NCBI GenBank assembly: GCA_030390025.1
Contig: CM059429.1
Coordinates: 138,384,001-138,448,000, forward strand
Length of the DNA stretch: 64,000 bases
Source of the DNA: Squalus acanthias
Taxonomy: Eukaryota
Reading direction: 5' to 3'
Part shown: positions 27,101 through 42,100 of the stretch, piece after piece
How positions within the stretch are numbered: position 1 is the stretch's first letter
Layout of the letters: the number at the start of each line of letters is the position of its first letter
Program-made: the position numbers and the translations under genes
Notes under the pieces: model-generated
Seen by the model: only the letters and a program-made list of their open reading frames with translations
Told to the model about the DNA's origin: nothing
The model's database searches: none

Positions 27101-30100
27101 ATGTATCTTTTCCAGAAACTTGAAACAGCAGTATAGAAACATAGAAAAATAGGAGCAGGAGTAGGCCATTCGGCCCTTCGAGCCTGCTCCGCCATTCAAT
27201 ATGATCATGGCTGATCCTCTATCTCAATACCATATTCCCGCTCTCTCCCCATACCCCTTGATGCCTTTTGTGTCTAGAAATCTATCTATCTCCTTCTTAA
27301 ATAGTGACTTGGCCTCCACAGCCTTCTGTGGTAGAGAATTCCACAGGTTCACCACCCTCTAAGTGAAGAAATTTCTCCTCATCTCAGTCCTAAATGTCCT
27401 ACCCCGTCCCTTTGTCCATCAGCATTTCCCAATCTATCACCATTTAAATAATACTCTACCTTTCTGTTTTTCCTACCGAAGTGGATAACTTCACATTTAT
27501 CCACGTTATACTGCATCTGCCATGTATTTGCCCACTCACTCAACTTGTCTAAATCACCTTGAAGCCTCTTTCCATCCTCCTCACAACTCACAATCCCACC
27601 TAGTTTTGTGTCGTCAGCAAACTTGGAAATATTACATTTGGTTCCCTCATCCAAATCATTGATATATATTGTGAATAGCTGGGGCCCAAACACTGATCCC
27701 TGCGGTACCCCACTAGTTACCGCCTGCCACCCCGAAAAAGACCCATTTATTCCTACTCTCTGTTTCCTGTCTGTTAACCAATTTTCAATCCATGCCAGTA
27801 TATTACCCCCAATCCCATGTGCTTTAATTTTGCACACTAACCTCTTATGTGGGACTTTATTGAAGGCCTTCTGAAAATCCAAATGCACCACATCCACTGG
27901 TTCTCCCTTATCTATTCTACCAGTTACATCCTCAAAAAACTCCAGTAGGTTTGTCAAACACAATTTCCCGTTCATAAATCCATGTTGACTTTGTCTAATC
28001 CTGTTGATATTTTCTAAGTGTCCTGTTATCACATCTTTATAATAGACTCTAGCATTTTCCCTACTACTGATGTCAGGCTAACCGGTCTGTAGTTCCCTGT
28101 TTTCTCTCCCCCTCCTTTTTTTTATAGTGGGGTTACATTTGCCACCCTCCAATCTGCAGGAACTGTTCCATAATCTATAGAATTTTGGAAGATGACAGCC
28201 AATGCACCCACTATTTCCATGGCTACCTCTTTTAGTACTCTGGGATGCAGATTATCAGGCCCTGGTTACAGTACTGTTACATCTCCCAGGGAGACTAGTG
28301 ATTGTAGTTCTTTTTTTAAACTATATGAATAATTTTGTTCCATGAAATAAGTTGGCCCTCTGTATTACATTCTGTATGCACGCAATTTAAAAAAAAAAGT
28401 TAAATACTGGTAGATGTTTAATAGTTCGATGAGAGCTGTAATTTGAACCAGATTTTTATCTAGGAAATTACGTAAAATAATTTTCTGATTTGATTGTTAG
28501 ATTTTGGGGGTATTTTTAGTTAACACATTAATTAGTGGTTAAACCATCCCATTGCTTTAGCTGCATCTAAAAAGTTACTTTTTGCAACCGCATTTCTTTC
28601 AACATTTTCTATTGCTCAAGAATGGAAAAACCCAAGCATTGTGGTCAGCTTAAACCACTGACCATAATGAAAAGAAAGAAAGACTTGCATTTATATAGCG
28701 CCTTTCATGACCACCGGACATCTCAAAGCGCTTTACAACCAATGAAGTATTTTTGAAGTGGAGTCACTGTTGTAATGTGGCTTTATTAGAGATTTAGCTG
28801 TATGTTGTGTTTGTTAGAATTTCTTACAAAGCTGGTGATATTGAGGAGTAATGTGGTTTAAGAAACAATTCATTTTTCCTGCATTTGTAATCTAGAAATA
28901 CAAGTCTGTCTTAAAGGGTATGCTTTGCAACTTACATGTATGTTTTCTGTAAAATGTTGGATTAGATAAAGTACCACAAAATATGTGATGGGTTGCATTC
29001 TGTGTTGTGATTTGACTAAACAATTTTATAACCATTTACAGAAATACTACTGTGGGGACTACATTGTTTTGCTGGTGTCAGCTGTGGCTCAGTGGGTAGC
29101 ACACTCGCCTCTGAGTCAGAAGGTTGGGGGTTCAAGTCCCACTCCAGGGACCTGATGCACAAAAATCTAGGCTGACACTCCAGTGCAGTGCTGAGGGAGT
29201 GCTGCACTGTCGGAGGTGCCGTCTTTCAGATGGGACGTTAAACCGAGGCCCCATCTGCTCTCTCAGGTGGACGTAAAAGATCCCATGGCACTATTTCGAA
29301 GAAGAGCAGGGGAGTTATCCTTGGTGTTCTGGCCAGTATTTATCCCTCAAATCAACATAACAAAAACAGATTATCTGGTCATTATCACATTGCTGTGCGC
29401 AAATTGGCCACTGCATTCCCTATATTACAACAGTGACTACACTTCAAAAGTACTTCATTGGCTGTAAAGCGCTTTGAGACGTCCGGTGGTCGTGAAAGGC
29501 GCTATATAAATGCAAGTCTTTCTTTCTTTAGTGTACAGATTGTCCTGAAGGATTCCATGACAAATATTGGTAGAAATGCAGAGTGAAGTTTTGCCCATTG
29601 CAGCATGGTGTTGGCATGATCTCCAGCTAAACCAAGATTGTTTCCATCACTGCATAACCTAATATTCCATTCTAATGCCCTCATTCCAACAGATAGCACT
29701 TTTGTGATCTCTTGTGGGACACTCATCATTTGTCCAGCATCTCTAATCCACCACTGGGAGATGGAAATCAAGCGGCACGTCTGTGCAAGGAAACTAAGTA
29801 TATACATGTACCATGGGCCAAAGAGAGAGAAGTCAGCAAAGGCGTGAGTACCTGGAGCACTATGGTGTTCCTACTCTGAAAATACAATCCCATTTACAGC
29901 TCTGAATATAAAATACTATATTCAGCATTCTATATACAATACGATATTTAATGCAATATACAGAAGACATTTCTATAATATAAAGTGTGTTCACCTATTT
30001 TGTTAGAGTTGCTATAAATATAGTTGCTGATCAATCTTTCTAGATTGGTATGCTAATTTAACCACCTAATGGATCACTAAATTTGTAGTGTGGTTTTATT

Positions 30101-33100
30101 AACGTTAGCACAAGATTAGATTTGTAAACCTGAGGCTGACCAGATCGCTTAGGCTGCACATTCAGGTTCCCTAATATGTCACATCATGAAATAGTATAAT
30201 GTGGTTATACGTCACCGCAAGTCCCATGGAGTTTCTGCTTTTGGATGCTATTTGAGGAAGGCATTAAGCAAAGGCAAGTTTCCCTGCCCCCCCCCCCCCC
30301 CCCCGCACTCCCTCCCTCAGATCAAAGAAAAATTAGTAAGCAAGTCAATCTGTGGTCACCAGAAACCAGTTTAGTAGCAGCATTGGAAGAAGACTGGCAC
30401 CAGGGCACTTGTTTGCCCCATCAGTCAGAGAACAGGGGGACCTAATGAACGGGAAGGAATGTCTCATGTAGCTGGAGGAAGTTGACACTGATGAGCAGCT
30501 GCGTCCAGGAAGAGGAACTTAACCTTTAAACTAAAAATACCGTTTCTATTGACATTTCAATTGACCGTAATCTAAGATATTAAAACATTTTCTTATAGGC
30601 TGTCAGAATTTGATGTTGTTGTTACGACATATAGCCTTGTTGCAAAGGAGATCCCAGTGAAGAAGGAAAGAGGACAGTGTGCAGCCCAAGATGAGGAGGC
30701 GAATGTAAGTTGAGAATTTTGTACAGTGGTGTGTTTAGTGATCCCACTTGTAGATTTGAGTAGTATGTAATGCCTTGGCGTCTTCTCGAGTACACTGCTG
30801 CTTTTATGATTACCCTGCTATTGCTTTGTTGGAATGGTCACCCAACTAACAATTACCAGATCATCATTTCAGAATAATTCTGAGCACCTGTAGTATTTTG
30901 ACAGTGGGATAGCTCACTTGAAATATTTTTTGGAATGGGTGGGTCAGGCAGATTATAAGTGTGCTTTCTAATTGGGTAGTAGCAATTTCTGTGCTATCAA
31001 AAGAGACAGTGAAATGATGTTTGTTGCTTCCATATCAGAAAATCCATTGAGATGGTTAAGATGAGAGTAAGCAGTGGTGTACTTCATCTTTTCAATCCAA
31101 CCATGTTCCAATAAAAAACACACACTTTTTGTTCCTCTGCTGTTTTCAGGTCTTGGCAGAGGCAAAGTCTTCACATTCTCCTCTGCTGAAGTTAGCATGG
31201 GCTCGGGTCATCCTGGATGAAGCTCACAACATTAAAAACCCCCAAGTACAAACATCAATGGCAGTGTGTAAACTCCAAGCTAGAGCACGCTGGGCAGTCA
31301 CGGGAACGCCCATTCAGAACAACCTTCTGGATATGTACTCCTTGCTCAAGTAAGAAGACAGACCAGAGCACCCTGGCTTAAACTTCATTATTAAATTGTG
31401 TTCTTCGGACACTTACATTTTTACCTGTATTATCCCCATTAATGACTAGAGCATTTAAAAATTTATCCTAACATTGTTTTCATCTTCTTGATCTTGTTCC
31501 CCTCCTTTCTAAAGAAAAGTCTTCAAAATTGTTTTAGCTGTTGTTCCCATGTTATGTCGTTGAGACTAGTTAATTATAGCTGTTAATTGTGGAGCTTGGG
31601 CTGATTCTAAATTCTCATAGCTCTGCTTTCTAACCTTTCCCTATTTGTTCAGGTTCCTTCACTGTTCCCCATTCGATGAGTTCAAGCTTTGGAAGAATCA
31701 AGTGGATAATGGTACAAAGAAGGGTGGCGAACGCCTTAATATTATCACCAAAACCCTTCTGTTGCGGAGAACAAAGGACCAGCTTGACACCAGTGGAAAA
31801 CCTCTGGTATATCAGTCTCTATATTTCAATTTTGACAAAAAAAATCACTGTTTATACTGCAAGTTTAGCATTGCTCGCAAGTGATTTTGGCTCTGCACCA
31901 ATGCTAAACTGCAGTGTAAAGCTGACTTTGGGGCCCAGCCTGCCTCTATGAAGTGGGTTCTGTGTCAAACCTGTTTAAGACGTGCTCACTTTGTAAACCC
32001 ACCCAATCTCAATTTAAATATTTAGAGTGTATGGATTCTCCCCTTCAGACATTTAAGTTTTTAGCTGTTGGAGAGGGCTCTGTTTCTGCCTGTATCCAAA
32101 TATGCACACAATTCTTTCTTGAGGAGATAAGCGAGAGCCAGAGAATGGAAACAAACTTTTGCCTGACTGGAACCTAAACTGCTGCAACTAGTCTCAGATG
32201 GTAGCTGTGGTGTAACTGCACCTTTAAAGATCTCTATAGGATAAAAGATGGTACTTTATCAAAGTTCCAAGGATGCACAACTTTAAGCATTTCCTGATAA
32301 TTTTGGTCCTAAAAATCATCTAATTCTTGCTGGACTTGTAATAAGATGGGCAAATGGGAACTGTGGGACTGGTTTGCAGAACAGTAAACAGTAACATTTT
32401 AAATGCTTTTGCCTGGAGGAGGGGATCTCTTGTACTAAGTGAAGCTATATTTTGCCAGTTATTCTTGTGGCAAAATGTCCTTTTCTTTATTTCAATGGTG
32501 ATTTACAGGCATAATCGTATAAGAAAAAAGAAGTGATACACAACATGGGTTTTAAATTATTGGGCCATGTGTTGAAGTATCAGAATGTGATGGACAGAAC
32601 ATGTTGTTCCTGCCCTCTCATGCTACTTGGTACCTTTCCTTTTCCAATTTGCTCAGTTCCTGATCCCAGTCATTATGGAAACCAGGGAAAAGAAAGTTGT
32701 CAACTTGCCATGTTCATGTGATTTTTAGTGCCTGTCTAAGAGCAGCAATGGTGGAGGCCTGGGAATAGGATGCCACACTGTGTTCTCAGTCACAGGAAAT
32801 AGATAATCAGTAAGATTAGAAAAAGCAGGAAAAATTGAAGGGTACCATACTTTGAAAACTAACCTAAAGGCTGTGTTTCTGGACAGTTACATTTTCTGAT
32901 ACTTAGTCAGAGATAGACAGCTTGTTAGGTTTAGGGTTAGAATACCATAAAAATGTCTTCCTCTTGCTATTCAAATTGTGTAATTTGGACTACTGCTCTG
33001 TGGTCTTTGGTTCCTGTCAATCACAGCAGATCTGGAACCCAGGAGCCGCAGTAGAATTTTGGTATGTGACCTTTTGGAGTTTCCAGGTCAAAATCTTCAC

Positions 33101-36100
33101 CTCAGTAATTATAATATCCCAGATTTTGGTTATTTGTGCGCAAGTTGGACAGCAACATACGGCAAGCGGAGATATGCAGTTAAACACGTAGTTGCTGGCC
33201 GAGATGTGCCATAACTACCTAAGTTGCGCAAAAACGGCATCTTGCTGTCTGGCTCCCCATTCAAATGTATTAAACGGCGTGAAGTTCCTATAGTGACGTC
33301 GTAGATATGAACTAAACTCACCATAGAAAGTTGGGGCTTGTCCATTCCAGTTGAAGTACCCTTTTAATGGTGTGGTAAATCTTAATTACTGCCAACCTCT
33401 CTGGTGCTGAAAATGAGCTTTTACAAGTGTGGAGTCTCATTCCTTCAGCTTTTAATTATTGTTGGAGATTTTTTTTAAATAATTAAATAACTTTCTTTTT
33501 ACTTTTTCTTTCTGTCTCTTTTATCTCTCTCTTAATTCAATCTTTCTTTCCCTCCTTATTTTGCTTTCTGTATCTGATTTGACATTGAATTTGCTATTCT
33601 AACTTACACTTCCTGGTTCAGACTCTGCGCTGCTTATTAACATCTCTTCAATCTGATTGGTTAAGAAGATACAAAGGTGCTTGCCCTGTTCACACAGGTC
33701 CCAGCTGCCCTGTAGGGGGCGCCATGCTGTTTTGGATGACCCACTGAAAGTTTATGGGCTCGGGCAAGTCTAATGAACGTTTACCGCTCACAGCAAAATC
33801 TGGCCCAATGTATTTAATCTATAGACTTGTCTAAAGGCATTGGAGTGTTTTATGCTGCAGGCCAATTATAATAATTAACAACATTTTTTGTTCTTATTTA
33901 TTAGGTAATTGCTTCCCGAGTGACCAGGTATAGCCTAGGGTTGTATGTGTTATGGCTTTGTATTTAAATTTAATGAGAAGCTTCACCTTTTGCGATCCGT
34001 CATGCAGAAAATAGTGCAAGATTCTTCATTAAATGCAAGTAGCTGTGCTTCCTTTTATAGTGAAAATTATACCTTGTACTTATAGTAATATTTGTAATAA
34101 ATATCATTATAGAGGAATCACCTGATTGTTTCACCAAAACTTATTGCTCATGCATGTGTTTTGTTTTTCCAGGTTGCCCTGCCGCAGCGATTTAACCGCT
34201 CTCATCGTCTAAAATTGTCAGAGGACGAGGAAGCTGTTTACAATGTCTTGTTTGCTCGTTCCAGGTATATTTGAGGAATTGTGTGCTCTGAAATACAAGA
34301 TGCCATCACTGCTTCCAACTATAGAATGTATTTTGGATAATCCTGTCCATTACCAGTACAGATTTGGTGTATCTCTCCTATTAAAAAAGATGATAGTGTC
34401 CAGTACTTTCTCTTGGAGGGGTGTAAGGTCGCCAAAACGGCAAGTGTCAGCTTTGTCACGATGAAATCGAGCACAAGTGACCTAATATATGTCAACACAA
34501 TTGTATTGTTCAATTGTGTATTTGCAAGCTAAAGTGAAAAGGTTTTTTCATGAAGATGGTGACCCCTTAAATAAGGATTAGGTGACTCCAGTGATTGAGC
34601 CATTCACTTATGACCGGAGGTTAGTGAGCTCCAGTCATGGGTTATCTTTGTTCAGACTCTAGTCTGAAGTGAATTTTACCAAGTAGAACATCCAATATCA
34701 GTGAAGGAAGAAAAAAGTGAGAGAACCAGACTTGTCTTGGTCTGTGGTTGTCACGGAGATGCTATAAGCCAGGACCGCAGAACCTTGATCACCGAGAGCC
34801 ACCTTGCCACTTTTCTTTGTGGGCCAAAGAAGTCTCCTAATGTGAAAATCTGCCTATTGCATTAACAGTTTTGTTTACATCTTCCCCATACCCTCTGCTA
34901 ATATGCTTTCACCTATAGTTCCTGAACTGTGCCACTCAACTGCCAAAGCTCCCATTCATGACAGCTGCTGAAACATGATGTTAAACCTTAAGAAGACCAC
35001 TCTCTGCACTTTTTAATAATTCTATATCTGTACCTACTATATTCTACTACATATTCTATATCTACTGTTTGCTTCTCCGCTGCTTCCTCTTAGTGGATGA
35101 CGTATATCGTCTTACACTTATTCTTGTGTTACCTCAGCGGCAGGAGTACATGATGTATCCCGCTGCTCCGTAAGAGCTTCTTGGGATTGAGGTGACTCAA
35201 ATCTCCGGCAGATGGGATCTGAAGAACTATTCCAGACTCCTCCACATCTTCCTGCGGGACGGCTTGGCTCTGTGCACTTTCTGGCACATGTGCAGGCATC
35301 AGAGTGGGAGAGTCGGGATGTGCGGCCATTCTGAGAAGCAGCACCATGGTTTGTGCACATGCAAGTTATCCCTCTGCTGCTGGGAACTGCTTCACCATGG
35401 CACTGATTGGTGTGACAGCAGAAGTAACGGCACCACAGCGATCAGTGGACCTGCTTCATGGTTCATTCTAGCTCATCCCCCAGAGATAGTCTGTTCCAAC
35501 CTGGAACCCAAGGATGTGAATTATAAACAAATGAACAAGATGGTTGATTATTCCCCTTTTTAGGTATTGCACTCGGTATTAAAATATTCTTCAAATAAAA
35601 GTTGTATTCCATATAACAAGCTACTGCTCTGTTCCCCTTTAGATAAACCTGTAACTATTATATCTGATGCTAGTTTTTCAGCATGTTTATCTGTATACCA
35701 ATTTTTTTTAACAGGACATAACCTATGTGCATATACATATATGCTGTTAATTATTTACATTCTTTAAATTATTCCATACAAAAAATGTGATTGTTCACAT
35801 TTTTAAAACATATCTGGATACAACGGGTTAGTTGTGATACATTTTCAACTGTCATGTTTTATTAATTCCAAAGCTGTAAATTTCAGTGAGAGAGATTTTC
35901 CTTTTAGCCTTAATTAGACTCATCATTGAACATTCCACTAAGATGTCTGTTCTGCTCCAGTGAACTAGAACCGATTGATGAAATGTTTTGTAGGTCCCAG
36001 CAAAGTTAACATCATTCTCCACTGACCATCTCTTAAAGAGACATGCAGCCCTCTGATTTTTCCTGGATGCAGTTTGTTCGTTTATCCATCGTATGCAGAA

Positions 36101-39100
36101 CTGTTTTATTACCTATTCTCTCCATAGATCAACCTTGCAGGCATATCTGAAGAGACACGAGGGCAAGGATTACAAAGCTGATTCATCACAGGGTGCCGAT
36201 AACCCCTTCAACAGAGGTAAAAACGCAAATTAAGTATGACCCTCATTGGAGATTAAAAAAAACTGCATATGCTATTAATTTAATTTGCAGTAAAAATGGA
36301 AAATGCTGGAAATACACAGCAGATAGGTCAGAGTCTATGGCCGCAAATTTAATTATGGGGGCGGTCCCGCTCTGCAGACATGATTTTCCCTTGATTGGCC
36401 TTGTTAAGCCCGCCTTGCAGGCTTACCGGCCAATTAACAGGAAGTGGGTCTGATGACGTGTCATCTGCCGGTTTCCTTAAAGGGACCATGCACAATTTTA
36501 TTTTGACTGTTGATCTATCAGTGTTTGACAGCATTGAGGTGCTGCAAGCACTGACAATCACTGCACAAAGGTGAACACTTGCACCCAGGCTCTCCAATGA
36601 CTCCCTCCATATGCTTATGGAGGGAGTCACAGCACGCAGGGAGGTTCTCTTCCTTTCCAAGGGCGGAAGAGACCTCCCCAGGACACCAACTTACCTTGCA
36701 CCTCCACCCAACCCTCTATCTACTTTATCGCTTCCCCATCTCACTAGCCACCCCTCAACACTCACCCTCATCCTACTGCAAGCATACCAACTAACAACAC
36801 ACAAGAGTGGGCACTTGAGAGGTTTAGCCAATGTCCATGTGAAGTTTCTGGTAATGTGTTGTCATTCAGTGTAATATTTTTTTCCAAAAGTGCCCCTTAT
36901 TGGACAGATCTGAGCCCACATTGAGAAGTGTCTTAATGATTTCCAGTGATTGTTAAGTCATAACCCCCTCCCCCCCCCGCTATAGTGATGTGTGTGCATG
37001 GAATGGCTTGGACATTAAAGGGATGCTTCACGGTGCTGGTGTGGGATGGCGTCAACCTGGCGCATCATGTGGCAGCCAGGGTTTACAGCATCAAGTGAAG
37101 AAAATCTGGCCATGGTGATGCCATCGCTGGCCTCCCGGCCAGCAATTTTATCCGGGGCTGATGCCCTGTGTCCAGTGCAGTATCAGGTGGGTGAGGAGGA
37201 GGTTGGCGCTCCTGGTGCTGCTGTTGTAGCTGGTTGTGGTGCTGCCGCGGCTGCTCTTCCTCCGAATCTGACAATCAGGTTCCCATCCTGTTGCAATAGA
37301 TTTCAGTTGAGGTAAGAAGCTTGCAAGCGCACACTCAAAGTGGCCTGAAATTATTCCAATCAGGTAACACTGCAGGTGGGTGTCAGCTTGAACAGTCACA
37401 AGGTCAGTAGATTTGCAAAATCTTATCCCATACCTACAACAGCAAAGTTGTTGCATTTGAATGTCAGCCATGTTACAGGAGCGCTTTTAAAGTGCTGCAC
37501 CAATGACTACAAATCATGTCCTCGAGAAACTCGTCTCCTTGAACCTGGCCTGTTTCTGACAAGACGGGAAACGGGAGCCAGAAGCACGAAAATGGGAAAC
37601 CACTATCAAAATAGGATTAGCAAGGCAGTTAACAGACTGTTAACAGGCTCTTAACTACCTGTCCCACCGGTTCCAGTCGGGTCAGTTTAGGCGCAGCTGA
37701 CCCGACACTCACGAAAATCGCGTGGAGGCGGGTTGGGTGTCTGAAGCCAATTTTTCCAATTTTCGCTACCAACCCGCCTCCTCAGGGCTATTAAAATTGA
37801 GCCCTAAGGATCTGCACTTGAAAATTAGCTTAACTTTTCCCTTTGCAGACACGAGACTTTGCTGTATATTTCTGGCATGTTCTTTTTATTTCACCTTGTC
37901 ACAGAATTATAGAATGATACAGCACAGAAGGAGGCCATTTAGGCCATCTTGCCTGTGCCGGCTTTTTGAAAGAGTTATCCAATTAGTCCCACTCCCCTGT
38001 TCTTTCCCCATAGCCCTGCATAGTTTTCAAGTATTTATGAAATTCCCTTTATAAAGTTATTATTGAATCTGTTTCCACCACCCATTCAGGCAATGCATTC
38101 CAGATCACAACAACTTGCTGTGTAAAAATAATTCTCTGCATCTCGCCTCTGGTTCTTTTGCCAATTACCTTAAATCTGTGTCTTCTGGTTACAGACCCTT
38201 CTGCCACTGGAAACCGTTTCTCCTTATTTACTCTATCAAAACCCTTCATGATTTTGAATACCTTATTAAATCTCCCCTTAACCTTTTCTGCTCGAAGGAG
38301 AACAATCCCAGCTTCTCTAGTCTCTCCATGTAACTTAAGTCCCTCAACCCTGGTACCATTCTCTCTCTGCACCCTCTCCAAGGCCTTGGCATTCTTCCTA
38401 AAGTGTGGTGCCCAGAATTGGACACAATACTCCAGCTGTGCCCTAACCAGTGATTTATAAAGGTTTAGCATAACTTCCTTGCTTTTGTACTCTATGCCTC
38501 TGTTTATAAAGCCAAGGATCCCATATGCTTTTTTAACAGCCTTCTCAACTTGTCCTGCCACCTTCAAAGACTTGTGTACGCACACCCCCAATCCCTCTGT
38601 TCCTGCACCCCCTTTAAAATTATACCATTTAGTTTCTATTGCCTCTCATTCTTCCCACCAAAATGCATCACTTCACACGTCTCTGCGTTAAAATTGCATC
38701 TGCCATGTGTTTGCCCAGTTCACCAGTCTGTATGTCTTCCCGAAGTCTGTTACCATCCTCCTCACTGTTTACTACATTTCCGAGTTTTGTGTCATCTGCA
38801 AACTTTGAAATTATGTCCTGTATACCTTTTCATTAGTTTGTGTTGATGAAAAGGCCTTTATTCCTGTAGTAAAATTTTGTTTCTATGGAACTGTGTCTAA
38901 GTTTAGCACTTGATGTGTTTTGGATGGGTGAGAAATTATAAAAATCTATTTAGAAACAATTTTGATCTTAACTTGTATGCTCTTTTAAGAAGAGCATGTA
39001 GAAGTAGTCATGTGACTGATCATCCACTTTGAAGGATTTTAGTTACGTTTTTAAATGGTGTGAATTTTTCTGGATGTCATTACTGGGTAATGAAATATTT

Positions 39101-42100
39101 GCTACTCGTCAACTATTGTTAGCATCCATTTCTGCTAGGCCAGGTTTAGGGCGCCATATACTGAAGATCAAATTACTCTGCCTAATATTGCTAATTTAGC
39201 ACCACTTTAAGAAAATCAAACCCTTATTTGTGCCACGGTAATTTTTTTCTGCTTTCAACGCTAGCCATTTTTGTTATGGATACTGAGTGACACTATCAAT
39301 TTGTGCCAAATTACAAGCGGTTTTGTACTTTAGACCTCTGACTTCTGGAAACTGAGTTAAAACTGCCCATCCTTTTTTCACATGGGGCCCTTACAGCTAG
39401 CAAAAAGAAGAAATGTCAGTCAGTCAGGTAGATTCAGGTCCCAAGTCCCAGAGGTGAAACAAGTGTGGTGAACTACTACACTACTGCTTTATAATGTAGA
39501 TGTTCTTTATTAAGAATACAGCCTGCTAGAAAGACATACCATGCACGGTCTGTCAGAAAAGACCTTCTCAGAAGACCTAGTGGATCTGGCTTTGTTCAGC
39601 CATTATTAAGTTGAGCTAGGATCAGTATTACTTCATTCGAGATGCTTATTTTGAATCTTCAAGCTTAACTTCATTTAAAAAAAATATTTTGTTGCTTTCT
39701 TTATCCCTTTTGCCGAGTGTTTACGGTGTAATGTGTGCAACAAACAAGGGGCTGAATTTTAATGGGGAAGGCGGGTTGGGGGTGGGGGGTCTCCGAGGCA
39801 GTGGGGAAACCCTGGAGAACGGGTTTCCTGCAGGCCCTGCTGAATTTAAACAGTCTCTGTTTCCCACCTGCAGCCAGCCAGCAGGAGAGGCTGGCTGGCT
39901 CTGGGTGGGTAGGCCTGTGGCACTAGGCTGCACAGAGGAGGGAGGGAGGGATCGCGTGGGGGCCGGGAAGAAGATCGGGGGGGATGGGAAGAAGATATGA
40001 GGTGGGGGGTGGGGCCGGGTAGAAGATCTGGGGCGGCCAAAGGAGGATTGATGGGGTGGGGTCTGAAGGGATCGGCAGCCAGAGGAGCAGCATGGGGCGG
40101 GCCGAAGGAGCGCGGGGTGCGGGAGGACTCATGGAGTGATTAGAGGCCTGGTTGGGGGCGGGGAGGCCTTGTGGGGTGATCGGAGGCCTCATTGGGGGGG
40201 GGGGGGGGTCTCCGATCACAGGGGGTGGGTTAGGCAGGGACCCTGGATTCATGAGGTAAGTGTAAAGGCGCTTATCTCCTGGATACAGCAGTCGTCGCCT
40301 TGCATTAGCTGGCGGGTTTGACGAGGTGTGCAAAACTCGACCAGCTAAAGTTAAATTTAAAATGGAGGTTAAAGCAGAGGCTTACAGCCTCAATATAATA
40401 TTTAAATAGACGACCTGCCTCCTGGCAGCGGATTGGCTGCCCCCCTCCCCGGGTTGGAGGTGGGTTCAGTTCGGGATTCCTATTTTTAACACTTTAACTA
40501 CCCCCCAACCCACCCGTTCTTTTAGGTTAAAATTCCCCCCAATGTGTGTCTTTAGTTATTTAAAATCCAAATTTATTCTGTAGTTTATTTTAATGTACTT
40601 CATAATTTTAAAGTTTTGCATATATGCCAGTGTAGAAATCCTATTGTGTATATAATATTCAATCTTTTATATAAAAAAAAATGTTAAATATTTTGCATTT
40701 TGTTTTCTCTGCTTTCATTCAGTAGCTCGAGAGTTTGGTATTGAGTCTGTCAATGGTGGTCCTTCTTCTTCCCAGAAGGCTTCTCACACTTCAAGCACTG
40801 TCCACATCTTAACCTTGCTGCTCAGGCTTCGACAGTGCTGCTGTCACCTCTCTCTGCTGAAGACGGTAAGAAATGATTGTCCCCCTATGTACATTGAGGA
40901 CCACATAAAATACAAAAGAATGTGGAAATGAAAAAATGCCCCCTTTAAAATTACAAATATTCACAGTACAAACATTTCTGAGGTTAGACTGCAAAAAAAA
41001 ATAATTGAAGTTTGCAACTTTGTGACCGGGGTGCAAATGGAGGAATCTTAATAAAGTTTAGGCTTTACTTCGTGGGAGACATCAGCTTTTGTCCCTTGCT
41101 TGGAGAGTTCTAGTGGAAGATATGAATATTGTCCCATACGGTAATTGGATCTTCCTTTATGTAACACACGGCTGAAGACGGGAGTCCAAACTGCATTGAT
41201 CCAATGAACATCCTTTTTATGGTGGCATTAGGATGGTTAAAAGATGATCTTTTTCCCATCAGTACTGCCAGAGAGCAGGGAATTAAAACTGGTTATTTTC
41301 TGCCAACATTCAGGTTTGCTTAGCAGGAGAGAAAAGATCACAAAAACAAATACAGATGGTGGAGGCCATTCGGTCCATCTAGCTTGTCTCTTCCAGGAAA
41401 GAAATCGGCAACTGCGTCGACCAATTTATTTTGGCTATGTTACTATTTTTTAAATGACATTTGTCTTGAATTATAGGCTCTCTGTCAAACAGAGATGGAA
41501 TCTGAGGGCATCACCCTCTCACTGGAGGAGCAGCTGAATGCATTATCATTGTCAGAGGTCACAACCTCTGACACCAAGTCAACCGTTACCCTGAATGGTA
41601 CCAGCTTCAAAGCAAACCTGTTTGAAAACACCAGGAAGAGCACTAAGGTAATGTTTGAATATTTCAGAGCATTAAATTGTGAATTTATTTCATTCCAAAT
41701 GGAGTTTGAGTAAAATTTACAATTTTTATAAAGATTTTGCTGTGTTCATGAACAAAAGAAAGACCTTTCATCTTTGATTGCGCTTCTATGAAACGTTTTG
41801 GGATATTTTCTACATTAATGGCACTGTACGAGTATAAGCTGTTGTTGTTGTCATCACAATCTCGGTGTCCCAAAATGCCTCACATTCAGTGAACTGCTCT
41901 TGAAGTGCAATCATTGTTATGCAGAGGATCGTGGCAGCCTATGTGTCCACAGCAGTATTCCTCAAAATGAGATGAATGACCAGCTAATCTGTTTTTTGAT
42001 TGTGTTGGTTGAGGAAGGGATGTCAGACAAGATACTGGGATTACTCACTGCTCTTCGAATAATGCGAGTCCTTGAATCCACCCAACATTGCGTAAGCAAT

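Noticed and set aside
29077-29150. tRNA-like sequence
   Set aside because: Head of a SINE that continues into a SINE body and tail; not a tRNA gene.
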